From NCBI GenBank assembly GCA_024346625.1, contig AP024667.1:124001-188000 (forward strand): a stretch of 64,000 bases of DNA, read 5' to 3'. The first letter of the stretch is position 1, and each line of letters begins with the position of its first letter. Source of the stretch: Williopsis jadinii (Eukaryota). A model generated the notes under the pieces. The model ran no database searches and was not told the origin of the DNA. It saw only the letters and a program-made list of their open reading frames with translations. This document shows, one piece after another, positions 43,533 to 53,283 of the stretch. The position numbers were made by a program, and so were the translations under genes.

Positions 43533-45875
43533 TCACTTGACTAAAGAAACCAATCCCTGTTTAGCAGCTTCCCTAATGATTCCAATCCAACGAACAGCCT
43601 CCTCGAAATCATTGTCCTCTAGGGCCTCTGCCAGTCCAGGCAAGGCCTGACCAGCATAACCTGTGTACCTTCCAGATGCAAACACAATATGTTTGAACCA
43701 ATCACGGTTCTTCAACCCAGGTGCGTATAAGAACTGTTGTTCCACCTTGGAGCTCTGATCGTTGGCTTGACGAACACGTCTGTTGAACAGGAACTTCTTC
43801 AATGGATTCTTAGATTTCGAAACATCCGTGTCCCACTTCTCCTGGAGCTCCTTCTTCTTCGCCTCGTGGCCCTTTGCAACTCCAATGAATGCATGGATAA
43901 GACCTCTTGTAGCCTTGATCCACTTCTTCAAGGTTGGCTTCTTCTTGTGTTTTTTCGTGATCTGAGCCACTCTGAGGTGACATGAATTCATCAAATAGTC
44001 TTCATCCCCGTTCTCCAATTCGATGGTCTTGTTCAGCCAATCAGGAGGCACTTGTTCTACCAATGCCTCGTAGAACCCCTTCAACGAGTGTGCAAAGTCT
44101 AGAGGAGAAAGTGATTGCAACAGCTTTGGTTCAGATAAGTTGATTGCCAATAAACCAATGTATTTTGCCAATGCGTTGTGGTACTTAAAGCCAGGGTCAG
44201 CAAACTTGCTCATCCAGTGATAAGAATCGTAGTTAGAGTGGTAATGGTATACCGGATCACTTTTACCATTGACAAATCCCAAGTCAAAAGATGGGATACC
44301 CAAATGCTCATAAAATGCAGTGTAATCAGAGCCTGATCCCAAGATATGAACAGAGGACTCGTTAACAAAATGGTCGTAGAGGCTCAACGTTTCATCGCCA
44401 GGGTATGAAAGCTTCTTGGTCTGGTTAAGAACAAACTGCTCTAGGAGAGGAGACCCAGTCAATCTCAAGTGAGATCCAGACACTGCAACATCAACATTCA
44501 AATAAGCAATCACGTTCTTCTTCAGCTGGTCAGCATACTTTTCAGCATACGCAGTGGATCCTAACAACCCGTACTCCTCACCATCCCATGAGGCCAATAG
44601 GAGGGAATATCTAGGTTTATAACCCAGTTTAAACAGCTCGCCAAATGCTCTGGCAACCTCCAAAAGCACTGCAGATCCAGAGTTTGGGTCTGAAGCACCA
44701 CCTTTGATCCAGGCATCCCTGTGGTTTCCAATGATGATGACTTTATCCGCATCTTCACCTTCAACAAACCCATAAACGTTACTGATATCGGTGAAGTTAT
44801 ACGTAACGTCGTTATAGAGGTTCACCTGAAATGTTGAAGGTCCTGTAGAGTAATTGAACTCTGACAGTCCTCCTTTGAATCCCAAATCCAGGCCATGGCC
44901 ATTGAGCGTCTCCAATATTGGAATGGCCTCCTTGTAGGAGATTGGCAGAGACGGAATACGTGGAATAGTCGTCAGATTTGCCAATGCCTCTGGTGAGCGA
45001 TCCGTGAAACGGGCTGGATCGCCAGGCAAGGACGACAGGAACTGTACTGAGCCTCTTTGGATACTAGACGGGTTTCTACCTGGTCCCTTTGGATAAGGCT
45101 CCACTCCAGAAGGTGTATAGTCATCAGCAGGGTCAGAATAGATGATCACGCCAACAGCACCAGCCTCCTGGGCAAACTTGACCTTCAGGCCTCTAAAGAT
45201 ACCTCCGTAACGGACAATTACAACCTTCCCCTTCACAGTCACACCTCTTTCAGCCAACAGCTCAAAGTCTTGCTTTGTGCCGTAGTTAGCAAACACCAGC
45301 TCACCAGTGACGTTGCCATTTGCGGAATATCCATGGAATGCTGGCACTAGGCCGTCGCCCCTAGTCGTTGGATCCTCCTCCAACTCATCCTCAACCAATG
45401 TTGGCTCATAAACAACCCTGTAAGAGTCCTTGTGTGGCTTCAGCAACCTGATGCCGTGGTCATGTGGATAGTTGATATACACGTTGAAGTTCTCAATCTC
45501 AGCCTTCCACCCAAACTCCTCCAGCTTATCAGCAGTGAACTGTGCCAGTGCAAAGTTCGTGCCTGCCAGATGAGCCTCGCTGGTGTACTTCTTCAACCAC
45601 TCGCCAGCGTGGTTTGACGACGATAGTACTCCCTGGTACAATGACTCCAGTTCAGTAGCATTGAACTCACTGTAAGCCACAGCGGCAGCGCGCTCCACGG
45701 CGCCCTCCACAGCGGCTTCAACCTGGCTGCCAGGCCAGGTCAAGGACACCCACACGAGCCCAAACAACACCATCAGCGTGGTGATGCACGCCCTCCACCT
45801 TCTCCTTCTCAGCATGCCGTGAGCCATCATTGGCCGTGCGCTCTTATCCATCTCTAACGATAACTTCTCGTTCAT
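43533..45875 (-). CDS. M28 glutamate carboxypeptidase II / Vps70-like, copy A (predicted type II membrane anchor)
   Basis: PA domain, GNHRDAW, DPNSG, WDGEEYGLLGS, YHYHSNYD and a TfR-dimer-like C-terminus. A basic RRRRWR precedes a hydrophobic segment. Start uncertain (45875/45851/45944). Confidence 0.88.
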   Translation of the reverse strand: MNEKLSLEMDKSARPMMAHGMLRRRRWRACITTLMVLFGLVWVSLTWPGSQVEAAVEGAVERAAAVAYSEFNATELESLYQGVLSSSNHAGEWLKKYTSEAHLAGTNFALAQFTADKLEEFGWKAEIENFNVYINYPHDHGIRLLKPHKDSYRVVYEPTLVEDELEEDPTTRGDGLVPAFHGYSANGNVTGELVFANYGTKQDFELLAERGVTVKGKVVIVRYGGIFRGLKVKFAQEAGAVGVIIYSDPADDYTPSGVEPYPKGPGRNPSSIQRGSVQFLSSLPGDPARFTDRSPEALANLTTIPRIPSLPISYKEAIPILETLNGHGLDLGFKGGLSEFNYSTGPSTFQVNLYNDVTYNFTDISNVYGFVEGEDADKVIIIGNHRDAWIKGGASDPNSGSAVLLEVARAFGELFKLGYKPRYSLLLASWDGEEYGLLGSTAYAEKYADQLKKNVIAYLNVDVAVSGSHLRLTGSPLLEQFVLNQTKKLSYPGDETLSLYDHFVNESSVHILGSGSDYTAFYEHLGIPSFDLGFVNGKSDPVYHYHSNYDSYHWMSKFADPGFKYHNALAKYIGLLAINLSEPKLLQSLSPLDFAHSLKGFYEALVEQVPPDWLNKTIELENGDEDYLMNSCHLRVAQITKKHKKKPTLKKWIKATRGLIHAFIGVAKGHEAKKKELQEKWDTDVSKSKNPLKKFLFNRRVRQANDQSSKVEQQFLYAPGLKNRDWFKHIVFASGRYTGYAGQALPGLAEALEDNDFEEAVRWIGIIREAAKQGLVSLVK

Positions 45876-46105
45876 ATAGCAAATAACAACGGATGAGGGC
45901 TTCGCTAACGTCTTCAAAGCGAACTTCTCTCTACAACGAGACATTCTTCAGTAGTTTGAACCCCTGTTTGATGTTAACCCCCGTCTCAGTGTGCCTCCTC
46001 TCGGGGTATTAGCAGAGGAGAGCAATCTCCAGTGTTGTTTCTGCCCGTTTAGGACACAACGCCGGGAGGCTGTAGCGCCGGCCAGCATCAAAGGCCATCG
46101 GCAAA

Positions 46106-46138
46106 GAGGCATAGAACGCCAGTGAGGCATAGAACGCC
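46106..46138 (+). repeat. 15-bp direct repeat GAGGCATAGAACGCC (18-bp period)
   Basis: Copies at 46106 and 46124, between the two peptidase genes. Confidence 0.85.
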
Positions 46139-46229
46139 CAGCTGAGGCCTTCCATCTCTACAGTGCTCACGTTCTGAATGGACTTGCAAGCTTCAGCAGA
46201 ATCGCTGCCGTATACGTGTATTATTGTAT

Positions 46230-48458
46230 TTAAACCAGTGAGGCAATGGCTCTTTGGGCCGCAACTTGGAGGATATGTATCCAACGAGCAGCTTCGTCGA
46301 AGCTGTCATCCTCCAGAGCCTCAGTGAGGCCAGGCAAAGACTGGCCGGCATAGCCAGTGTATCTTCCAGAGGCGTAGACAATGTGCTTGAACCATTCACG
46401 GCTCTTTAGCCCGCCTTCGTACAGGAACTGCTTCTCAAAGTTACGCGACTTATCGTTGATAGTGGCGACACGCTTATCGAACAAGGTCTTCGTGATTGGG
46501 CTCGAGGACGTTGAGACAGACTCGTCCCATTGCGATTGCAAGTACTCCTTTTCCTCGTCATGGTGTTTAGCAACCTCTTCCAGGATTGACAGAGTATCGT
46601 TTGTTGCCGTGATCAGGTCTCTCAACACGGTGACGTCTGTTGAAGTGAGGTTGTCCTCGCTGTAGCTATAAGGCGCAACGATATCGTCATCCAGCACCAC
46701 GGTTTGGTTGAGCCAATCCTGAGGAATGGTGGAAACCAACGTGCTAAAGTATCCGGCAACGGCTGAGGCATAGTCACTTGTGGAATAGGATTTCAAGAGC
46801 TTCTCCTCGGTGAGCTTGAGGGTCAATAAGCCCAGATATTGGGCCAGAGCATTGTGGTACTTGAAACCAGGGTCAGCAAAGGTGGAAATCCAATGGTAAG
46901 AGTCATAGTTTGAGTGATAATGGTAGACAGGGTCGCCCAAACCTGGATTGAATCCCAAATCAATGGATGGAATGCCCAGATGCTCGTAAAACGTTGTATA
47001 GTCCGAGCCCGAACCTAGGATGAGAATCTCAGATTCGTTCAAGAAACGTTCAGTGAGAGAAACGTTGGTATCTGGATGAGTAACAAGAGAGCCTTGGTCT
47101 AGGAGTAGCTGGTTGAACAGTGGAGAGCCAGCTAATTCCAGGTGTGTTCCACCAACGGCAACGTCAACGTTGATGTAACCAACAGCCTGCTTGTCCAACT
47201 TAGCAGCATACTTCTCAGCATACGATGTTGATCCGAGCAAGGCGTACTCTTCACCATCCCAAGATGCTAAAAGTATAGAATATCTTGGTTTGTAGCCTTG
47301 TTTGAACAACTCGTTGAATCCTCTTGCAAGCTCCAGAAGAACTGCAGATCCTGAGTTTGGATCACCAGCACCACCTTTAACCCACGCATCTCTGTGGTTT
47401 CCGATAATAACGACCTTATCAGCCTCTTCGCCCTCAATTAGGCCATAGACGTTGGTAATATTGGTAAAGTCGTACTCAACGTTATTGTACAAGTTTATCT
47501 TCGCACTTGAAGGGCCGGTCGTATAGTTGAAGGTCGAGACACCTCCTTTAAACCCAAGGTCGGATCCATATCCGTTGAGGGTCTCCAATATTGGAATGGC
47601 CTCCTTGTAGGAGATTGGCAGAGATGGAATACGTGGAATAGTCGTCAGATTTGACAATGCCTCTGGTGAGCGATCTGTGAAACGGGATGGATCTCCAGGC
47701 AAGGAGGACAAGAACTGCACTGAGCCTCTTTGGATACTAGACGGGTTTCTACCTGGTCCCTTTGGATAAGGCTCGGCATCTGGAGGAGAGTAATCGTCTG
47801 CTGGATCTGAATACGTGATAACACCAGCTGCACCAGCCTCTTGGGCAAACTTGACCTTTAAACCTCTAAAGATACCTCCGTAACGGACAATCACGATTTT
47901 ACCCTCAAGATCAATGTTGTTCTCGGCCAATAGGGCAAAGTCCTCCTTTGTACCGTAGTTAGCAAACACCAATTCTGCAGTAACGTTACCATTCGCAGAA
48001 TACCCATGGAATGCTGGCACTAGGCCTTCACCGCTAGTCGTTGGATCCTCCTCCAACTCATCCTCAACCAAGGTTGGTTGGTAAGTCAATTCATAAGAGC
48101 CATCTTTGTTTGGCTCTAAAACCTTGATGGAGTTCTCAACAGGGTAGTTGATGTAGACGCTAAAGTTCTCAAACTTGGCTTTGAACCCAAACTCCTCAAA
48201 TCTTTGAGCAGTGAACTCTGCCAGATGATAGTTCTGGCCAGCAAGGTGTTGTTCTTGCGTATAAGTCTTCAACCAATCACCAGCGTTGTTAGAAGACGTG
48301 AGCACGTCCTGGTAAATCTTGGTGATTTCATCGATGCTGAGCTTCTCAGAGGTTTCATCATAAGTTGGAAGTGCCAAAACGCTGCTTGCAATGCAAAGCA
48401 GCTTAACCAATGATGTTGTCACTCCACCTGACGAAGCACTTTTGTCCGAGACTCCCAT
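46230..48458 (-). CDS. M28 glutamate carboxypeptidase II / Vps70-like, copy B (predicted cleavable signal peptide)
   Basis: Same intact catalytic motifs as copy A. The N-terminus LVKLLCIASSVLA|LP looks like a signal peptide. Confidence 0.9.
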   Translation of the reverse strand: MGVSDKSASSGGVTTSLVKLLCIASSVLALPTYDETSEKLSIDEITKIYQDVLTSSNNAGDWLKTYTQEQHLAGQNYHLAEFTAQRFEEFGFKAKFENFSVYINYPVENSIKVLEPNKDGSYELTYQPTLVEDELEEDPTTSGEGLVPAFHGYSANGNVTAELVFANYGTKEDFALLAENNIDLEGKIVIVRYGGIFRGLKVKFAQEAGAAGVITYSDPADDYSPPDAEPYPKGPGRNPSSIQRGSVQFLSSLPGDPSRFTDRSPEALSNLTTIPRIPSLPISYKEAIPILETLNGYGSDLGFKGGVSTFNYTTGPSSAKINLYNNVEYDFTNITNVYGLIEGEEADKVVIIGNHRDAWVKGGAGDPNSGSAVLLELARGFNELFKQGYKPRYSILLASWDGEEYALLGSTSYAEKYAAKLDKQAVGYINVDVAVGGTHLELAGSPLFNQLLLDQGSLVTHPDTNVSLTERFLNESEILILGSGSDYTTFYEHLGIPSIDLGFNPGLGDPVYHYHSNYDSYHWISTFADPGFKYHNALAQYLGLLTLKLTEEKLLKSYSTSDYASAVAGYFSTLVSTIPQDWLNQTVVLDDDIVAPYSYSEDNLTSTDVTVLRDLITATNDTLSILEEVAKHHDEEKEYLQSQWDESVSTSSSPITKTLFDKRVATINDKSRNFEKQFLYEGGLKSREWFKHIVYASGRYTGYAGQSLPGLTEALEDDSFDEAARWIHILQVAAQRAIASLV

Positions 48459-49438
48459 TATTACTTGATTATTGCGACTGGCTACTTCAAAATGACAATG
48501 TCATTCCTGAAACCTCATATTTATACCTCTAGTGGCCACACGTCCATGGCGAAGAAACGTCTTGTGAATCGAATATCTCGCTATCGATGCTCTTGATGAT
48601 GGAATACATGTGCACATCAGGCCGCTCTCAGTGGCCATTCCACGAAGCACAGGCGTATGAACCCTTGCACAAACTGTGGTTCCCAACTGTGGATCAACGA
48701 TGAGCCCTTGGAGGAGCTACCCTTGTGGCACAGCACTCCTCCCCAGGTGTGGAAGCCTCCCATGCACATTGGCTGTTGAGAATGCAAGGGTTTATAGTGT
48801 TGAGCTCTCTGCTGTCAGCCATAACAACGCCTCCACGTCGCCTAGGGGTTACGACATCTCGCGTGGAACGGCACTCCAGAGCCAACACACCAGTAGTCTC
48901 ATCTCTAGCCCAGCTTACCTCATCTCATCTCATCTCATCTAATCCGAGCTCACCACATCTCATCCGAGCTCAGCGGCATCAACTACAACCGACAAGCCGG
49001 CAACCGCCCGTGCAACCGCCCACACAAAGGCCATCTACACGCAAACACAGCAATGACAGCAGTACACATCACACCTCCAGCCCTCGATAACCGCCATTCA
49101 CCCATCAGATGAGCCTCGACACAACCATCGCATCGCAACTGTGAGAGCGCTGTGTGTGAAATGTAAACAAAGAGGCATGCTGACATTTACGCCGGCCTAC
49201 ACCACACCTCTGCGTAATCCACAGCACTAACAACCCCCCTCGCCCAATCAGATCCGAGATTTCGCAGCATAAGTCCAAATACGGGAAATTTCGCGCATTT
49301 CCCTCCGGTTTTCCTCATTTGTGCTCCTCTGCGTTGTGTGTGGTTTTTTTCACCGGCAAAAGGGTGAAACTTTTGTATCTCAGCAGTGATAACTGAGCGA
49401 GTGTTGAGTGAGCGTGCCCGTTTTAGCGTATTAAAGAG

Positions 49439-49852
49439 ATGTTCCGTCACGTTGTTAGAAAGTCCATGGCTGGTGTCCGTAACCAGTCCACCGTGTCCAA
49501 GGCCAAGGATGCTGTTTCAGACAAGGTTGAGCAGCTTACCGGGTTGTTCAACAAGACCGTTTACTGGACCAAGGTTACTGGCGAGCTTGCAAAGCAAGTG
49601 TACTTGAAGGAGAAGCTCTCCCCACCTTCAGTCGCTGAGATCCAATCCGTCTACCAGACTCTGTACACCCAAGGTGTCCACTATGCTCAGAGACCTCTGG
49701 AGTTTGTCAATGTTCTGAGCAAGAGCGTTGACAAGAACACCTTGATCAACGGTGGTGCTTACCTTGTCCAATTTGCCGGTCTCTTTGCCCTCGGGGAGGC
49801 CATTGGTCGCCGTAAACTCATTGGTTACCCATCCTTCCAGTCCCACCACTGA
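49439..49852 (+). CDS. ATP20: Mitochondrial ATP synthase subunit g
   Basis: YWTKVTGELAKQVYLKEKLSPPS and GLFALGEAIGRRKLIGY. Confidence 0.93.
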   Translation: MFRHVVRKSMAGVRNQSTVSKAKDAVSDKVEQLTGLFNKTVYWTKVTGELAKQVYLKEKLSPPSVAEIQSVYQTLYTQGVHYAQRPLEFVNVLSKSVDKNTLINGGAYLVQFAGLFALGEAIGRRKLIGYPSFQSHH

Positions 49853-50105
49853 ATCGTGTCCTCAAATATTCCACTTCTCATTTTCCTTTGATTCATCTCG
49901 CTGCCTCCGTTGAGAAGGAGCCCGCAGTTAAAGGATTTGTCTCCCCAGTACATATTTATCAAAATTTATACAAAGCTTTTTTTGCACTGCTAAGTTAGAT
50001 ACTGAACAAACGTTGCATACATGAAGTTATGGAAAGAGTGGCTTATATATCTCTGTTTAGTGCAATGCATCTTAAAATACTGCTAACGAAAGCGTAGCGT
50101 TCAGC

Positions 50106-51818
50106 TTAATCGTCCGAGATTATGACTTGCTTCTCGTTGAACTCCTTCTCCAAGAGCTCTAGCCTCTTGCGCTTCTTGGAAGCTTCAATCATGTCTGTTT
50201 TCTGTCTACGCTTCTGCTTCACGATCTTTGGCACTGTACTGATATCCTTTCTCTTGATCTGCCCATTCTTGATCCTCTTCTTCTCATTCTTTGAGATCTT
50301 TGTCATATTATCCATCCATTTGTCATAATCGGATCCACTTTGCTTCATAACATTGACAATTGGCTTGATAGCCACCGAATCTTCCTTTGTGTAGAATGTG
50401 ACAGCCTTACCTTCACGTCCACCACGACCAGTTCTACCAATTCTGTGCACATATGCCTGAGCGCTGTTTGGAACGTCATAGTTGATCACGAGGTTGACAC
50501 CTTTGAAATCTATACCTCTCGCAAGCACATCTGTACAGATTAATACCCAAATGTCACCCTTCTTAAATCTATCAATGATCTCTTGACGTTGGACCTGTGT
50601 TCTCTCTGCGTGTATCACATCAACGTTTAATCTATCGTACAACAACTCGTGGAACAGAGCCTTCGCACGAGTAATGGATTGCAAGAAGATAAGTACTGGG
50701 GGTTTAAACTCACCTTCTTGGATAAGCTGTCTGATAGCGATGAGCTTACCTTGCTCGTTACCGCAAAACACCAATTTTTGTTCAATCTGTTGGTTGGCAG
50801 CTTCTTTATGACCGATAATCACTCTTACAGGGTGAACCATGATGGAGTTTGCCAACTCCTCCACGCTTGAAGGGATCGTTGCAGAGAACATTGATCTTCT
50901 CAACTTCGGATTGGAACACTTTGACAAGATCTCATCCGTTTGTTCGACGAAATTCTTATCGAACAGCTTATCAGCTTCGTCAAAGATCAGACGTTCCACA
51001 GTAGATAGGTCCAACGCCTCATTCTTGACGACGTCAATGAGTCTTAACGGAGTTGAGATTATCAAATCGAATTTATCCTTCTTGACGATGTTGTTTTTCA
51101 ACTTCCCACTCAAGGACTTCGACAAGATGGCGGTCTTCACATCGGTTCTCTTTGTCAGCTTGTTACACTCGTCAAAGATCTGTTGCGCCAGTTCTTTGGT
51201 TGGCGAGATTATCAACGCCTTTAGGCCTTTTCTCTGGCTAGTCTTGAGCTGTTGAACCAATGGTGTCAAGAATGCCAACGTCTTACCTGAACCTGTTGGC
51301 GCACATGCCACGATGTCCCTGTCAAACAGAGTTATTGGGATGGCTTCCGATTGAATCGGGGTAGGCTCTGTGAAGCCGGCATCTATAAGATTTGACAACA
51401 CTCTCTGGTCCAGCTTGAAACGCGTTATGAGGTCCTCGAAAGAGCCTATCGGCAGTGGGACGTCGTCACCGGTAACGTTTTCCTTGTACGACTTTCTCAA
51501 AGCATGTGCCTCCCCTTCTGTCTTGATCCTTGGCGATGGTCCCTCAAAGCCCTCACCTTCACCCTCCTCTTCCTCTTCTTCGATATCATTGACGGCATCG
51601 ATCTCCTCTTCCTCGTCCTTCAACTCCTGGGACTTGGCCAACTCCTTGAACTTGTTTGTCTTGAAGAAATCAATCTCCCTATCAACCTCCTTCTCAACAT
51701 GTACCTCTTTCTTCTTCTGACTGTGAGTCTTCTGCCCCGACGGCAGGGCATAATCAGTCACCAACTGCTTCGACTTCTTCAAAGAAGCACCTCGGCTGAG
51801 CACTCTAAAGATATCCAT
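50106..51818 (-). CDS. ROK1: DEAD-box rRNA-processing helicase Rok1
   Basis: [11 protein letters not shown] start, [15 protein letters not shown] and HRIGRTGR. Confidence 0.94.
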   Translation of the reverse strand: MDIFRVLSRGASLKKSKQLVTDYALPSGQKTHSQKKKEVHVEKEVDREIDFFKTNKFKELAKSQELKDEEEEIDAVNDIEEEEEEGEGEGFEGPSPRIKTEGEAHALRKSYKENVTGDDVPLPIGSFEDLITRFKLDQRVLSNLIDAGFTEPTPIQSEAIPITLFDRDIVACAPTGSGKTLAFLTPLVQQLKTSQRKGLKALIISPTKELAQQIFDECNKLTKRTDVKTAILSKSLSGKLKNNIVKKDKFDLIISTPLRLIDVVKNEALDLSTVERLIFDEADKLFDKNFVEQTDEILSKCSNPKLRRSMFSATIPSSVEELANSIMVHPVRVIIGHKEAANQQIEQKLVFCGNEQGKLIAIRQLIQEGEFKPPVLIFLQSITRAKALFHELLYDRLNVDVIHAERTQVQRQEIIDRFKKGDIWVLICTDVLARGIDFKGVNLVINYDVPNSAQAYVHRIGRTGRGGREGKAVTFYTKEDSVAIKPIVNVMKQSGSDYDKWMDNMTKISKNEKKRIKNGQIKRKDISTVPKIVKQKRRQKTDMIEASKKRKRLELLEKEFNEKQVIISDD

Positions 51819-51875
51819 GCTTGTAATCCTCGTAGATCTGACCCAATAATACCAGCTCAAGCGGTGAATTACAAC

Positions 51876-51951
51876 CTCATCGCCAAATCTTCCACCTCTG
51901 CCCTTCTGCGCAGTGCGAGCCCATCGGAGAGAGCAGGCGGAAAAAATTTCA
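51876..51951 (-). promoter_or_regulatory. PAC and RRPE ribosome-biogenesis elements of ROK1
   Basis: CTCATCGC (= GCGATGAG) at 51876-51883 and AAAAAATTTCA at 51941-51951. Confidence 0.65.
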
Positions 51952-52186
51952 GCGTGGTGCGTCCCCTACCGAAAACGCTGCCCACATCCGAAACAGCGAA
52001 AAAGGGCGAAAAACTTTGAGCTGGCGAGGGAAACTTTTCAGCGTCGGGCTCAGTGGAAGAGGCCAGCTATATTGGAAACTTCTGTAAAGCCAATTGGAGT
52101 TATTTGGTGTATCAGCTTGTTTTGGACGTGTGCTTGATTTGAGCTTGCCTTTCGATTTTGTTGTCTTTGATTTGAAGCGTTGTGTG

Positions 52187-52912
52187 ATGAACAGTAGCAT
52201 ACGGATGATGTTGTCCCCGCTGGTGAAGACCAGCCAGCAACAGGCGACGAGACTCACGGCTTCTTCTCTGCTTGTGCTTAGACCTTGCCAGCGCTCTGCT
52301 TCTCGTGGTGTTGGCTATCTCCACAGAGGCTCGAGGGTACGTGGTCTTGTGCGTGATGAGTCGGACTATCTCGTGAGTCCTAAGGGGATCCCCTACGGTG
52401 CCAGCGAGGAATCGCTGTCACCTCTGAAGAGACTATTGGGCGACCAATACGCCCTACCAGATGAGGTGTCATTGCAGGTGCTGACGCATAAGAGCTTTGC
52501 CCATGGTAAGAAGCCCTTCAACGAGAAGCTGGCGGTGCTGGGGTCCCACTTCCTCAAATACAAGAGCTCCATCTATACGATCAACACCGACGGCCTGAGC
52601 CACATTGGAACACAGGGCGCCAAACAGATCATCTCTGAAAGGGTTTTGGCCAGATTCGTCGAGAACGCTGGTGTTGGCGAGTCCATCTACTGGAAGAAGA
52701 GAGACCCGCTACAGACCGACGCGAAGAAGAGCGGCCAGCACGCGGTATACGCCAGAACAGCCGAGGCCATCGTTGGTGCGATATTGCTGAACCACGGCAA
52801 AGACACCGCCTCCAGGTTTGTCTACGACGTTCTGCTCAACGGTGAAGATGGCCTCGTCAAGGCGGCATCCCAGATCCGCTCATCACAACCACAACCTCAG
52901 ACCACCGCCTAA
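52187..52912 (+). CDS. MRPL15: Mitochondrial ribosomal protein mL57 (RNase III-like)
   Basis: HRGSRVRGLVRD, LQVLTHKSFAHGKKPFNEKL and AIVGAILL. Start at 52187 or 52205. Confidence 0.85.
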   Translation: MNSSIRMMLSPLVKTSQQQATRLTASSLLVLRPCQRSASRGVGYLHRGSRVRGLVRDESDYLVSPKGIPYGASEESLSPLKRLLGDQYALPDEVSLQVLTHKSFAHGKKPFNEKLAVLGSHFLKYKSSIYTINTDGLSHIGTQGAKQIISERVLARFVENAGVGESIYWKKRDPLQTDAKKSGQHAVYARTAEAIVGAILLNHGKDTASRFVYDVLLNGEDGLVKAASQIRSSQPQPQTTA

Positions 52913-53061
52913 AGAGCACATCCTTAAGCGGCAGCCGCCCCAGAGCTCCCGCCTGCCGCCCTAGAGCGCCCGCCTAGAGACCTCCTCCTCCTCCTCCTGT
53001 GTATACATCGTGTAAATAAAACTGCCTCAACACTGTACTTCCTCGTAGTTGTAGCATCGCA

Positions 53062-53069
53062 TTACGTAA
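53062..53069. promoter_or_regulatory. Yap-type response element TTACGTAA upstream of YCF1
   Basis: Palindromic TTACGTAA about 215 bp upstream of the ATG; YCF1 is a known Yap1 target in S. cerevisiae. Confidence 0.45.
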
Positions 53070-53283
53070 GCAATGGGCCAAGTCCCACCTAACTCCGCGA
53101 ACTTCCCAATGCGGTAACTTTTCCGGCGCGCTTATGCGTAAGGTGTGGTAATTCTTCTTGTTACTTCATCAGCGGCAAATTGGTATTTGTTTCCTCTCTG
53201 TCTTTGTGCACTGTTTTCTTCCTCTCCTTGTAACAAAGCCCCGGTGAATTGATTGTTTACACGTGGTTCAACTACTCTGCTCG

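Noticed and set aside
46106..46150. Direct repeats as a possible CRISPR-like array
   Set aside because: Only two copies with a 3-bp spacer, in a eukaryotic context with no cas genes.
48915..48975. (CATCT)n and the ATCCGAGCTCA duplication
   Set aside because: Low-complexity slippage repeats with no further structure.
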